Below are positions 1 through 9,902 of a stretch of 64,000 bases of DNA, piece after piece. The position numbers and the translations under genes were made by a program. Where the stretch lies: assembly GCA_951813565.1 (NCBI GenBank), contig OX638351.1, positions 3,565,506 to 3,629,505 of the forward strand, read 5' to 3'. The notes below the pieces were generated by a model, which did no database searches, was not told where the DNA came from, and saw only the letters and a list, made by a program, of their open reading frames with translations. The stretch comes from an uncultured Poribacteria bacterium. Lineage in GTDB: Bacteria > Poribacteria > WGA-4E > WGA-3G. Position 1 is the first letter of the stretch, and each line of letters begins with the position of its first letter.

Positions 1-1
1 G

Positions 2-439
2 GTGCCAAATACTGGCATGGCTGTAACAACCGATGTCAGTAACATTAGGAATATTCATCCGAGAAATAAACAAGCGGTCGGGTTAAGGCTTGCTTTGTGG
101 GCACTCGCAAAAACTTACGGTAAAGATGATCTTGCCTATTCCGGGCCGCTATACAAATCGATGGCGGTTGAGGGAAGTACTATCCGAATCAGTTTTGATC
201 ATGTTGGTAATGGCTTGATGTCACGAGATGATCAACCACTTACATGGTTTCAAATTGCAGGAGAAGATAAGGAATTTGTTGAAGCGGTTGCAGTAGTTGA
301 TGGCGATACGGTGGTTGTATCAAATGATGCAGTTCAGTCGCCTGTTGCGGTGAGATTCGGTTGGCATCAAAATGCGGAACCAAACCTTGCGAATAAAGAA
401 GGATTGCCCGCATCACCGTTCCGTACCGACTCGTGGTAG
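2..439 (+). CDS. Sialate O-acetylesterase (SGNH/SASA family), C-terminal part; 5' end lies outside the window
   Basis: Near-identical to the C-termini of the two downstream paralogs: NTGMAVTTD, IHPRNK, SGPLY, NLxNKEGLPASPFRTDSW. Confidence 0.85.
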   Translation: MPNTGMAVTTDVSNIRNIHPRNKQAVGLRLALWALAKTYGKDDLAYSGPLYKSMAVEGSTIRISFDHVGNGLMSRDDQPLTWFQIAGEDKEFVEAVAVVDGDTVVVSNDAVQSPVAVRFGWHQNAEPNLANKEGLPASPFRTDSW

Positions 440-580
440 GAAATAGGCAGAACAGAGCTTCACTGAGACCATATTTCAATTGAAGCCAGTTTTCAGGTAT
501 GACTTAAGGTATACCTCCTCTATAATCATGATCAACAACCTTAATCTGGTTAACATCTTATTTTACAAAAGGAAACTTTT

Positions 581-2119
581 ATGAAATTACTAATCGTGTT
601 TATCAGTTCTGTACTATTCTTCCCACATCTAAATGCGTTTGCAGATGTAAAACTGCCGCGTATATTCGGGGACAACATGGTATTACAACGAGATATGCCT
701 ACCCCGATTTGGGGATGGGCATCTGCAGACGAAGAAATCTCTATTACCCTTAACAAACAGGATGACAAAGCCAATGTTGTTCACTCTGAAACAGTCAAAG
801 CTGATGAGAAAGGCAATTGGCAAGTTAAGTTGCCTGCCACAGCAGTAGGCGGCCCGTATACACTAAAGGTTGTTGGTAGCAACACCGTTGAACTTACAAA
901 TATCCTTTTTGGCGAAGTATGGGTTTGTTCTGGACAGTCGAATATGGCGTGGTCTGTCAACACCTCAAATAACAGAGATGCGGAGATTGCAGCAGCAGAT
1001 TATCCGAATATCCGTTTGTTTCATATACCGAAGGTATCCTCCGGACTACCTGTGCCTGATGTTAATGCACAATGGCATCCGACGACTCCAGATAGCGTAA
1101 GACATTTCTCGGCTGTTGCATATTTTTTTGGCAGGCATATACACAAAGAACTTGATGTGCCAATAGGTTTAATCAACACATCCTGGGGAGGCACACGCAT
1201 TGAGGCGTGGACTGCACCTGAAGGATTCAATGCGGTACCAGCTCTCTCAGCAATTTCTGAAGAAATCCGCGATATAAATAAAAACTATCGCATGCAGCTC
1301 CCGAAAAAAATCAAGGAAATTGAAGACTGGATAGCAGAGGCAAGTGAAGCATTGGAAAACGACAGAATTATTTTTCAGATGCCTGAAAATTTTCACCCAT
1401 TGACACCTCAAGGTAGACCAACGGCACTCTATAACAACATGATATATCCCATCGTTCCATTTGCCATCCGTGGCGCGCTTTGGTATCAAGGGGAATCAAA
1501 CATGCGCGAAGGGATGATGTATCATGAGAAAATGAAAGCGCTCATACATGGTTGGCGCGAAGTGTGGGGACAAGGTGACTTTCCGTTTTATTTTGTACAG
1601 TTGGCACCGTGGGGAGGCTATGATAGGAATGATCCAACCCATCTTCCAAAAATCTGGGAAGCGCAAACTGCCACACTATCAGTCCTAAATACTGGCATGA
1701 TAGTAACAACCGACATTGGCAACGTCAGAGATATTCATCCACGAAATAAGCAGGACGTTGGTTTGCGGCTTGCCTATTGGGCACTCGCGAAAACGTATGG
1801 AAAAGACGATCTTGTTTATTCTGGACCACTGTATAAATCCATGGAGGTTGAAGGTAGCACAATCCGCATCAGTTTTGATTATGTAGGTAGTGGTTTGATG
1901 TCACGAGATGGTGAACCGCTAACGTGGTTCCAAATCGCGGGTGAAGATAAGCAATTTGTTGAAGCGGTTGCAGTAGTTGATGGCGATACGGTGGTTGTAT
2001 CAAGCGATTCGGTTGAGTCACCTATTGCTGTGCGATTAGGTTGGGACCAAACTGCGGAGCCGAATCTGATGAATAAGGAAGGATTACCCGTTTCTCCGTT
2101 CCGTACCGATTCGTGGTAG
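581..2119 (+). CDS. Secreted sialate O-acetylesterase, paralog 2
   Basis: Signal peptide; GEVWVCSGQSNM (catalytic Ser block), WYQGESN, DIHPRNK. Confidence 0.88.
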   Translation: MKLLIVFISSVLFFPHLNAFADVKLPRIFGDNMVLQRDMPTPIWGWASADEEISITLNKQDDKANVVHSETVKADEKGNWQVKLPATAVGGPYTLKVVGSNTVELTNILFGEVWVCSGQSNMAWSVNTSNNRDAEIAAADYPNIRLFHIPKVSSGLPVPDVNAQWHPTTPDSVRHFSAVAYFFGRHIHKELDVPIGLINTSWGGTRIEAWTAPEGFNAVPALSAISEEIRDINKNYRMQLPKKIKEIEDWIAEASEALENDRIIFQMPENFHPLTPQGRPTALYNNMIYPIVPFAIRGALWYQGESNMREGMMYHEKMKALIHGWREVWGQGDFPFYFVQLAPWGGYDRNDPTHLPKIWEAQTATLSVLNTGMIVTTDIGNVRDIHPRNKQDVGLRLAYWALAKTYGKDDLVYSGPLYKSMEVEGSTIRISFDYVGSGLMSRDGEPLTWFQIAGEDKQFVEAVAVVDGDTVVVSSDSVESPIAVRLGWDQTAEPNLMNKEGLPVSPFRTDSW

Positions 2120-2277
2120 GAAATAGGCAGAGCAGAGTTTCACTGAGACCATATTCCAATTGAAGACAGTTGTCGGGTGCGATCCTAAGACAACTAAGCG
2201 TTGAATTCACATTTTCAACACCGAATGCGTATATGGCATTCGGTGATTAGGAATCGCACCAACGAGATGTTACTATC

Positions 2278-2611
2278 TACAGTAACGTGAGTTTGATAAT
2301 TGTATATTTAACATAAGTTGGGCTTAATGACTTAGAGGAATTCAACATAACATTTCCCGTCTATCCAGATTTTATGACACCAAATCCAGCACTCCAGAGG
2401 AGTGCTATGTCTATAGAAAATAGGGTAGCCAAGTTCTTGCACTCCGTAGGAGTGCTATGTGTTGAAACCACATACCGCACCCGCCAAATGCCAAAAAGCG
2501 CATTTGGCGTTGATTCACGGAGCAGGGTATTGTTCTGGTTTCTGTGATTAGATGGACATAAGTGAAGACAATATCCAATCCGGATTCTTTTAGCAAACTC
2601 ACGTTACTGTA
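2278..2611. mobile_element. TA-flanked MITE (IS630-type, family A) carrying REP hairpins and an inserted mini-hairpin
   Basis: Perfect 18-bp inverted ends tacagtaacgtgagtttg (2278-2295) / caaactcacgttactgta (2594-2611); absent from the homologous spacer 440-580. Confidence 0.75.
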
Positions 2612-2688
2612 AGGTATACTTCTTCTATAAATCACTATAAACAACCTTTAATTTCTGTTAACATCTTATTTTAGAAAAGGAAACTTTT

Positions 2689-4218
2689 ATGAAATTACTT
2701 ATCGTGGTTATGAGTTCTGTACTATTCTTCTCATATCTAAATGTGTTTGCTGAGGTAAAACTACCCAACGTTTTCAGTAGTAACATGGTTTTACAAAGAG
2801 ATATGCCTGCTCCGGTTTGGGGTTGGGCAGCAACTGGCGAAGAAATTACTGTTTCCCTTAGCAACCAGAACACTGAAACTATTTACACCGATACAGTGAA
2901 AGCTGATGAAAAAGGAAATTGGCGGGTAGTGCTTCCAGCCACACCAGCAGGAGGTCCATATACACTCAGTGTTGTTGGCAGTAATACCTTTGAACTTACA
3001 AATATCCTTTTTGGTGAAGTGTGGGTTTGCTCAGGACAGTCGAACATGGAATGGACAGTTAATGCATCAAATAACAGAGATGCAGAGATTGCTGCAGCAA
3101 ACTATCCAATGATCCGTTTATTCCATATACCAAAGGAAACTTCAGGCGTGCCTGTCTTAGATGTAAACGCGCAATGGCGTCCGACCACTCCTGAGACCGT
3201 CATGCATTTCTCTGCTGTGGCATACTATTTTGGCAGACATCTTCACAAAGAACTTGATGTACCGATAGGGTTGATTAACACTTCTTGGGGTGGAAGTCGT
3301 ATTGAACCGTGGACACCTCCTGAAGGATTCGCTTCTGTTCCGGCACTTACCTCAATATCTGAAGAGATTCAGGATATTAATAAAGACTTTCGGATGCAGC
3401 TTCCGGAAAAGATACAAGAGATTGAAACTTGGATCACAGAGACCCGGGAAGCATTGGAAAACAGCGATACTATCTTTGAGATGCCTCAGGTTGTCCATCC
3501 CTTGAGTAATGGCGGAAGACCGACAGCAATGTACAACAACATGATATATCCAATTGTGCCTTTTGCAATTCGTGGCGCGCTCTGGTATCAAGGTGAATCA
3601 AACATGGGTGAAGGCATGATGTACCATGAAAAGATGAAGGCACTTATCAAGGGATGGCGTCAGGTCTGGGAACAAGGTGATTTTCCATTCTATTTCGTCC
3701 AACTTGCACCTTTTAACTATGGCGGAGATGATACGGCACGTCTTGCAAGGTTGTGGGAAGCACAAACAGCCACTTTAGCATTACCGAATACCGGCATGGT
3801 GGTAACAACCGACATTGGGAATATTAGAGATATCCATCCCCGAAATAAGCAAGATGTTGGTTTGCGACTTGCATTGTGGGCACTCGCGAAAACCTATGGG
3901 AAAGACGATCTTGTCTATTCTGGACCACTGTATAAATCTATGGAGGTTGAAGGCAGTACAATCCGTATCAATTTTGACCATGTGGGTAGTGGTTTGATGT
4001 CACGGGATGAACAACCGCTAACGTGGTTTCAAATTGCAGGAAAAGATAAGCAGTTCGTAGAAGCGGTTGCAGAAGTTGATGGCGATACGGTGGTTGTATC
4101 AAGCGATTCGGTTGAGTCGCCTACAGCAGTCCGATTCGGTTGGCATCAAGCTGCAGAGCCGAATCTTATGAACAAAGAGGGTTTGCCCGCTTCGTCTTTC
4201 CGTACCGATTCGTGGTAA
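2689..4218 (+). CDS. Secreted sialate O-acetylesterase, paralog 3
   Basis: Signal peptide; GEVWVCSGQSNM, WYQGESN, DIHPRNK; colinear with 581..2119. Confidence 0.88.
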   Translation: MKLLIVVMSSVLFFSYLNVFAEVKLPNVFSSNMVLQRDMPAPVWGWAATGEEITVSLSNQNTETIYTDTVKADEKGNWRVVLPATPAGGPYTLSVVGSNTFELTNILFGEVWVCSGQSNMEWTVNASNNRDAEIAAANYPMIRLFHIPKETSGVPVLDVNAQWRPTTPETVMHFSAVAYYFGRHLHKELDVPIGLINTSWGGSRIEPWTPPEGFASVPALTSISEEIQDINKDFRMQLPEKIQEIETWITETREALENSDTIFEMPQVVHPLSNGGRPTAMYNNMIYPIVPFAIRGALWYQGESNMGEGMMYHEKMKALIKGWRQVWEQGDFPFYFVQLAPFNYGGDDTARLARLWEAQTATLALPNTGMVVTTDIGNIRDIHPRNKQDVGLRLALWALAKTYGKDDLVYSGPLYKSMEVEGSTIRINFDHVGSGLMSRDEQPLTWFQIAGKDKQFVEAVAEVDGDTVVVSSDSVESPTAVRFGWHQAAEPNLMNKEGLPASSFRTDSW

Positions 4219-4238
4219 AGGTTATTCTACACAACTTG

Positions 4239-4266
4239 GTAGGCGCGGTTTCAGACCACGCCTACA
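4239..4266. repeat. GTAG-type REP hairpin between convergent genes (possible bidirectional terminator)
   Basis: gtaggcgcggtttcagaccacgcctaca inverted repeat. Confidence 0.6.
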
Positions 4267-4278
4267 ATAGTGATGTGC

Positions 4279-5217
4279 TTACTTTTTTATCTGTCCCCAC
4301 TGCGTTGCCATCTTTCCTGCAGGGGTAACAGATAAGGTGCGATTTAACCAATTTGGTTCGCCATCATAACCCGCCTGATTGGTGAGATTTATGATTTCAT
4401 GAGTGGCAATATTATATTTGTAGATTTCAGCATCGCCACCCCAACGTTGCTGTGAAGCTGAGAATACAAATTCTTTGCTATTCGGTGACCAGCCTGTTAT
4501 AAAACTTATTGACCATTCTTCAGGAATAGTCAGTTTCAGTTGATCGAAACCGTCCACGCTAACGATAACTAATCGGTTCTTCATCCCAAAGATAACATCC
4601 AGTATAAAGAGTGGATTTTTCGGAACTTATCTCATGATATAGAATGTATTTTCCATCCGGTGACCAACGTGGACGATTCTTCTGAATATTAGGCTTTTGT
4701 GGTGTGAGCGGTTTTGCTTTCTTGGTTTTAACATCCATGATGTAAATTGATTGCCCCCGGCGGCGCGCACTCTGTTCATAAGCAATATATTTCCCATCGG
4801 GTGACCAACTTGGGTCATTTGCAGAACCGTCAATACCTTTCTTCCATTACGGTTGCTCGTGAATGCGATACGTCGTCCATCTGGCGCCCATGACGCACCA
4901 CCGTCTCTTGCAGGATGCTTGGTTAGATTCCGTTGATTGTTACCATCGGCATCCATGATGAAAATGTCAAACTGTTTGTTTCTAATGTCGGCATCTATAT
5001 CTCTTGTAAAAGCAATTTGTTTTCCGTCCGGCGACCAGACAGGATTTTTTTCAAAAAACTGGTTATCTGTCAGTCTCTGGACACGGCTTCCGTCGTCGTT
5101 CATCACATAGATTTCACGAGTGTCGTCACGGGAAGATGTGAAGACGATCTTTGCTTGCGCGAATGTTGAAGTGAGCAGAATGAGAACTACTGTTATCCAT
5201 AGTATCTGTCTTAACAT
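4279..5217 (-). pseudogene. TolB-like/PD40 beta-propeller exported protein with two frameshifts
   Basis: Signal peptide and WSPDG repeats in 4627..5217. The repeats continue in a shifted frame from ~4840 (GIDGSANDPSWSPDGKYIAY...RPRWSPDGKYILY) and return to the original frame near 4625, ending SVTPAGKMATQWGQIKK. Confidence 0.75.
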
Positions 5218-5248
5218 GGAAAATTTTCTCCTTTAGGTTGTAAGGTGG

Positions 5249-6187
5249 CTATGCTGCCAATGCAGCAAATATTGCCTTAATATAACCAACAGAATACGCC
5301 AATCCTACATTACCCTCTAACCTCGGAATATGGTCGGCATTGATACATCCATCAAATCCAACCTTTTGTAGTTCACGCACAATCTTGAACATATTCATAT
5401 CACCATCGTCAAGGAGCGTCTCCTCAAATGCGCCTGCTGTTGCAAGACTACCACGTACATTCCGTAGGTGAACCATAAAGATACGCCCTTTGCGTCCGTA
5501 ATTGTTAATCTCATCAAGCACAATGGCGCTTCCCCCTGCTTCAGCACGGGTTCCGCAACAGTAAAGATAACCGACATTCCTGCTTGGGAAGGCATCAATC
5601 ACGCGATGAAAGCCGAGACTACCGAGAGGTGTATCTGGATTTGGCACATCCGAAGGATGAATGGCAAGTTTAATACCGTATTCATCAGCAATAGGCACCA
5701 ACGCGCGATAGACCTCGCAGAACCGTTTCCACCATTCTTCAAGTTCTTCCATTGTCGGCGTGGGAGGTGGGTCTTGTGTTGCTGCACGGCTTTCTCCGCG
5801 CGAAATATAACCACCACGATGCACTGCAGAATAACGCGTCATCAAATAGTCGAAAGTATCACCCCAGAACCGTTGGCGTGCGATAGGTGCACCCGCTTCG
5901 GCAAATACTTTGAGAGCGTTGCACGTATTTTCTAATTCTTTTTCGCCATCGGGGTGCCCTTTCATAAACTTTTCAGTAATGTTCGGAAGCGTCACCCGAT
6001 TGATATCCAAGCCGTAAGAACGAATCAACTTTTTCATTTTCAGCAGTTCGTCTAAATCGGGGTAACCTTGTTCGCTAACACCCGGGAAAGAACCACCGTT
6101 CCCAAAATCGATACAGTCAGCACCGAGTTGTGTAATCTGTTTCAGATAGGTCTCTGAAAGTCCACCGTCCCATACAGATATTTTCAT
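5249..6187 (-). CDS. uxuA: Mannonate dehydratase (UxuA)-like protein
   Basis: LAIHPSD, YCCGT, VHLRNVRG, FEETLLDDGDMNM, DHIP motifs; ATG at 6187 follows a GAGGA RBS. Confidence 0.7.
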   Translation of the reverse strand: MKISVWDGGLSETYLKQITQLGADCIDFGNGGSFPGVSEQGYPDLDELLKMKKLIRSYGLDINRVTLPNITEKFMKGHPDGEKELENTCNALKVFAEAGAPIARQRFWGDTFDYLMTRYSAVHRGGYISRGESRAATQDPPPTPTMEELEEWWKRFCEVYRALVPIADEYGIKLAIHPSDVPNPDTPLGSLGFHRVIDAFPSRNVGYLYCCGTRAEAGGSAIVLDEINNYGRKGRIFMVHLRNVRGSLATAGAFEETLLDDGDMNMFKIVRELQKVGFDGCINADHIPRLEGNVGLAYSVGYIKAIFAALAA

Positions 6188-6197
6188 TCTTTTTCCT

Positions 6198-7202
6198 CTA
6201 TAACGGTAATGCGACAGGTTGTCCAATTTCAACAGATTGATACGCTGCTAAGGCAATTTCAACTGCAGCGCGCCCATCAGCACCGGTAATTAGCGGTGGT
6301 GTGTCATTTCGAATTGCTTCTACAAAAACGCGAATCTCTTGTTGGACAGGAGGTGGCACCTGAATATCGCTAATCTTGATGCTTCTGCCTTTACCTTCAA
6401 AGGGTTTTATCTGGATTGCGGCATCGCCACCCCAGATTTGCGGGAAGTAAATAGTGCCTTTTTCGCAATCTACTCGTCCACCATACCCGCCAACTGCGGC
6501 AGCATGGCTGGAATGTAGCAACCCAACAGCACCGTTCTTAAAGTTTAAAGATGCAAGTACTACATCTGGATAGTCTGTATGTTCATGTACATATTGTCCA
6601 CCAACGCCGTACACCCTTGAGACATCCCCACAGGTCCATCTCATAAAGTCAACCTCATGAGCATTTATCTCCATGAGACTGCCTCCAGATTTTGCACGTT
6701 CCAAACGCCAAGGAACACGATTTCCGCCTGACCAAGGGCCACCGATACGATGCACCATCATGTTGACTGGTGGTCCCAATTCACCGCTATGGACAATCTC
6801 ACGGACTTTAGAATGCGTGGCATGGTAGCGACAAACCAAACCGATTGTGAGTTTGATCCCGTTTTCAGAAGCAGCATTGATCATCGCATCGCAGTCTTCC
6901 AATGTCGGTGCCATCGGTTTTTCGGAGAAAACATGTTTACCCGCATTCGCAGCATCAACTGCCATCTGCGCATGTAGGAACGGAGGTGAAGCAATTAGTA
7001 CTGCCTGAATGTTATCATTAGCGAGCAGTTCATGATAATCAGTTGTGTAGTTTGTGTTGAGGTTATTTGCGAGAGTTTTTGCCAATTCCTCTTGTAGGTC
7101 ACTGACGCAGATAATCTCTATACCTTCAACAGCGTGTGCACCATTCGCAAGACTTCTGCCCATACCGCCGCATCCAATAACGCCAATTCCGATTGATTCC
7201 AT
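6198..7202 (-). CDS. Gfo/Idh/MocA family NAD(P)-dependent oxidoreductase
   Basis: GVIGCGGMG Rossmann motif, HVFSEKPM, SGGSLMEINAHEVD. Confidence 0.88.
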   Translation of the reverse strand: MESIGIGVIGCGGMGRSLANGAHAVEGIEIICVSDLQEELAKTLANNLNTNYTTDYHELLANDNIQAVLIASPPFLHAQMAVDAANAGKHVFSEKPMAPTLEDCDAMINAASENGIKLTIGLVCRYHATHSKVREIVHSGELGPPVNMMVHRIGGPWSGGNRVPWRLERAKSGGSLMEINAHEVDFMRWTCGDVSRVYGVGGQYVHEHTDYPDVVLASLNFKNGAVGLLHSSHAAAVGGYGGRVDCEKGTIYFPQIWGGDAAIQIKPFEGKGRSIKISDIQVPPPVQQEIRVFVEAIRNDTPPLITGADGRAAVEIALAAYQSVEIGQPVALPL

Positions 7203-7233
7203 TTGTTGTTTCTCTCTCCAATGTATGTGGGTT

Positions 7234-7258
7234 ACGGCACACGGAGCGTGCCAACTAC
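7234..7258 (-). repeat. GTAG REP-like hairpin
   Basis: Reverse complement gtagttggcacgctccgtgtgccgt; a related copy lies near 42402. Confidence 0.5.
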
Positions 7259-7259
7259 T

Positions 7260-8093
7260 TTATCTTCGTCTCGCTTTGATTTGTCCCCATGTGACGCTCA
7301 GATGATTTGAAGTAGGACTAACATCAAGTCCTTCAGCCTTCATGTTTGTCTGGACTTCTGCTGCGGTTAGTGCACGCTCATAAATACGGAATTCATCTAT
7401 ATAGCCTTGTATCGTATCACAGTTACATCCATCTGATCTATCTCCGATTCCTAACTTAAGTCCACCTTTTGCGATTTTGCCACCAGCTACTGTATGCTTT
7501 ATGGCAAGTTTTCCATTCACATAGTAGTTAACATTGGAACCATCATAAGTGCCAACAAGATGAAGCCATTCTTCAAGCGGAATATCTTCCTGAATGAGAT
7601 GTTCTCCAGCCTGTGTTGCTTTGTCTATTGCTTTGACAAAAAAACCGTGACGATTGTCATCATCATCGTAATACAACGTTATAACTTTACTGTTAGTAGG
7701 TTGGTCATCAAGTGAAATAATCCGATTCCAACTATCGTCTAAAGCATTAATTTTGACCCAACACTCCAATGATATCTCTTCCCAATCACGATCAATTTTA
7801 GGTGGATCTGAATCTTCAACAAGGAAATAATCTACAGCACCGTCCAATAGGACGCATTCACCGACTTTACAATCGGCAGCGGGGGCAAGTTCAGGATCAC
7901 CTTTGACCATAGCGGCAAGTCCGGAGAATATATCGTCAGCCTGTTTTGCAATTTGCACTGTGTCTTTATCAAATGACCAATAGGCTACCAGACCGTCTTC
8001 TACTGCGCCAACGATGGCATCGGTGGGATGTGTCAAGACTATGAGGAACAGAAAAAGGATTGAAATTGTGAAAGATAATCTTATATTTTGCAT
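7260..8093 (-). CDS. Exported LamG/concanavalin A-like domain protein with a TWGxIK tail
   Basis: Signal peptide; GLVAYWSFD, WLHLVGTYDG, YVNG, GYIDEFRIYERALT; C-terminus VSPTSNHLSVTWGQIKARRR. Confidence 0.85.
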   Translation of the reverse strand: MQNIRLSFTISILFLFLIVLTHPTDAIVGAVEDGLVAYWSFDKDTVQIAKQADDIFSGLAAMVKGDPELAPAADCKVGECVLLDGAVDYFLVEDSDPPKIDRDWEEISLECWVKINALDDSWNRIISLDDQPTNSKVITLYYDDDDNRHGFFVKAIDKATQAGEHLIQEDIPLEEWLHLVGTYDGSNVNYYVNGKLAIKHTVAGGKIAKGGLKLGIGDRSDGCNCDTIQGYIDEFRIYERALTAAEVQTNMKAEGLDVSPTSNHLSVTWGQIKARRR

Positions 8094-8294
8094 TGTGATG
8101 TCTCCTTTGATGAGTTAACGATTGCTACGTTTATACTTTCTGGAAACTTACCTGATATTCAAAATATTACAAAATGTGCCTGCTCCGTGAAGACATATTT
8201 TGTCTGCAGTGGAGCAGGCTTGAACATGTATTGTACAAAACTCTGGTGAAACCCACCTAATACTTTGTTAAGTACTAATTGATAGGTCTTGAAA

Positions 8295-8361
8295 GTAGTC
8301 GGGAATAGGAGTTCCCTCCTACAAAGAAAGTGTTCTGTAGGAGCGATCTCCGAATCGCGAC
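8295..8361. repeat. Pair of GTAG REP hairpins
   Basis: gtagtcgggaataggagttccctcctaca and gtaggagcgatctccgaatcgcgac; the same motifs occur inside the MITEs at ~31.9 and ~42.3 kb. Confidence 0.6.
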
Positions 8362-8421
8362 GGACAATAATATGTTGACGAAGCACTACGCTAATTTTGA
8401 TGATTTTTGTAAAACTGGATT

Positions 8422-9813
8422 CTAAAATACATCACGCATAGCGCGGCGGCGTTCATCGGCAAGTTCGCGGACTCTTTCTTCGTCAGACCGCTCGTCAAGC
8501 TGCTCAGCAACGATAGGACGATATTGTGCTGCTTCACTTCTACGTTTAAAGAGGCGGAAATAGTCAAATCTTGTCAAAGTGGGCGGTATATTTCCGGGAC
8601 AGAGCGAGTGTAATCCGACTTGTACGCGAGGTCCCATCGCAACACGAGTAACTCCCACACCTTTCCAATGGATTCCATCTTGACTGGCATAAGCGGTGAA
8701 TTGATTGCCACGCCGTTCAAGACGTAGAAACAACTCACGGACATTTCGCATTCCACCGCGTGCAACGAGACCAAACCGACGGTTGACATGCCGTTCAAAC
8801 CGTACATCCCCTCTGAATGCGTGCGGTCCTGACGTTTTTTCCAGACGGAGGAACTGGTTTTCATTTTTCCAAACAAGTAAACCACCGTGTTCTCTAAGTT
8901 GCGGTGATATACGCATGCGGGTTTCAATTGCAAAATCCTCAGTAACTTCCATCAGGAGCCGAGGAGCATCCATATCCCCATCTCTCCCGTTCGGACCGTG
9001 CCACAAGTCTTGTCCGGGGTCTGTTCGCATTTCAAGGTAACCTTGACGTTCAGTCCATGAGCCGCCACCTTGCGGGTCTATCCATCGCCATTCGGGCCGC
9101 ATATCGTTTCCGATAAATTCATCATCAAATACCATCTCAGTGAATTCACCAGATGATGCCCACCCTTCAATTTTTATAGCGGAGATAGAATCACCGAAAC
9201 TTTGCGGCAGCAGATGTAAGTTTGGCAGTTCTTTTTTGAATTCCGATGGTTCCATACGGATTTGTAACTTTGCCCCTTCAAATTCGGGGTGTTCATAAAA
9301 GATAACTTCTGCACCATCAGGTGGAAAATCAGGCCCTTTGAACATGCGGATAGACGAAATTCTGTCCTCAAACCATGTGCCGCCCTGCGGGTCTCGCAGG
9401 TTCGCAATATCTCTTAAGATCGTAATTTTCTTGCCTTTAAATTCCACATGCTCATAACAATCAACAATCATCGGTATCGTGCCCCACTCTGGACCGACTA
9501 CATCTATGGTGGAACCGAAGTTTATTGAAGAAATTCTGTCAGCGAAGTTGAATGCTACATCATGTATATTCGGATAAAATCCGGGGCCGAGCGCTAATTT
9601 CTTTCCTTTATAGTTGACATGCTGATAAAGGAGGGCCTTGTAGTTTGGACTACCCGAAAAATTTGGTCCTTTGTAAACTCGAAGGGAAGAGATATTGTCT
9701 TGAAATCCGATACGTCCCGTATGTGGAACCGGTTCTAACACGTATCCCATTCTACCACGAAAGTTTGTGTGTTGAAAGACTTCAACGATGAGGCGAGGTA
9801 TTACAACTGGCAT
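8422..9813 (-). CDS. Beta/gamma-crystallin (4 Greek keys) fused to a DUF1349/ConA-like domain
   Basis: Four F/Y-x-H-x-x-F/Y-x-G ... D-x-I-S-S/A motifs (QDNISS, ADRISS, EDRISS, GDSISA); C-terminal half has DLWHG, DAPRLL, GGLLVW, FLRLERRG, SQDGIHW. Confidence 0.75.
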   Translation of the reverse strand: MPVVIPRLIVEVFQHTNFRGRMGYVLEPVPHTGRIGFQDNISSLRVYKGPNFSGSPNYKALLYQHVNYKGKKLALGPGFYPNIHDVAFNFADRISSINFGSTIDVVGPEWGTIPMIVDCYEHVEFKGKKITILRDIANLRDPQGGTWFEDRISSIRMFKGPDFPPDGAEVIFYEHPEFEGAKLQIRMEPSEFKKELPNLHLLPQSFGDSISAIKIEGWASSGEFTEMVFDDEFIGNDMRPEWRWIDPQGGGSWTERQGYLEMRTDPGQDLWHGPNGRDGDMDAPRLLMEVTEDFAIETRMRISPQLREHGGLLVWKNENQFLRLEKTSGPHAFRGDVRFERHVNRRFGLVARGGMRNVRELFLRLERRGNQFTAYASQDGIHWKGVGVTRVAMGPRVQVGLHSLCPGNIPPTLTRFDYFRLFKRRSEAAQYRPIVAEQLDERSDEERVRELADERRRAMRDVF

Positions 9814-9864
9814 TTTTTTCTCCTATTGTTGGTATATGTTTATTGGTTTTTCTACTTTAGTTTT

Positions 9865-9896
9865 GTAGATCGGGTAGAGCAAAGCGAAACCCGACA
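9865..9896. repeat. GTAG REP hairpin (gggtagagc...gaaaccc family)
   Basis: gtagatcgggtagagcaaagcgaaacccgaca; relatives at ~13753 and ~16844. Confidence 0.55.
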
Positions 9897-9902
9897 TGTC
9901 TC

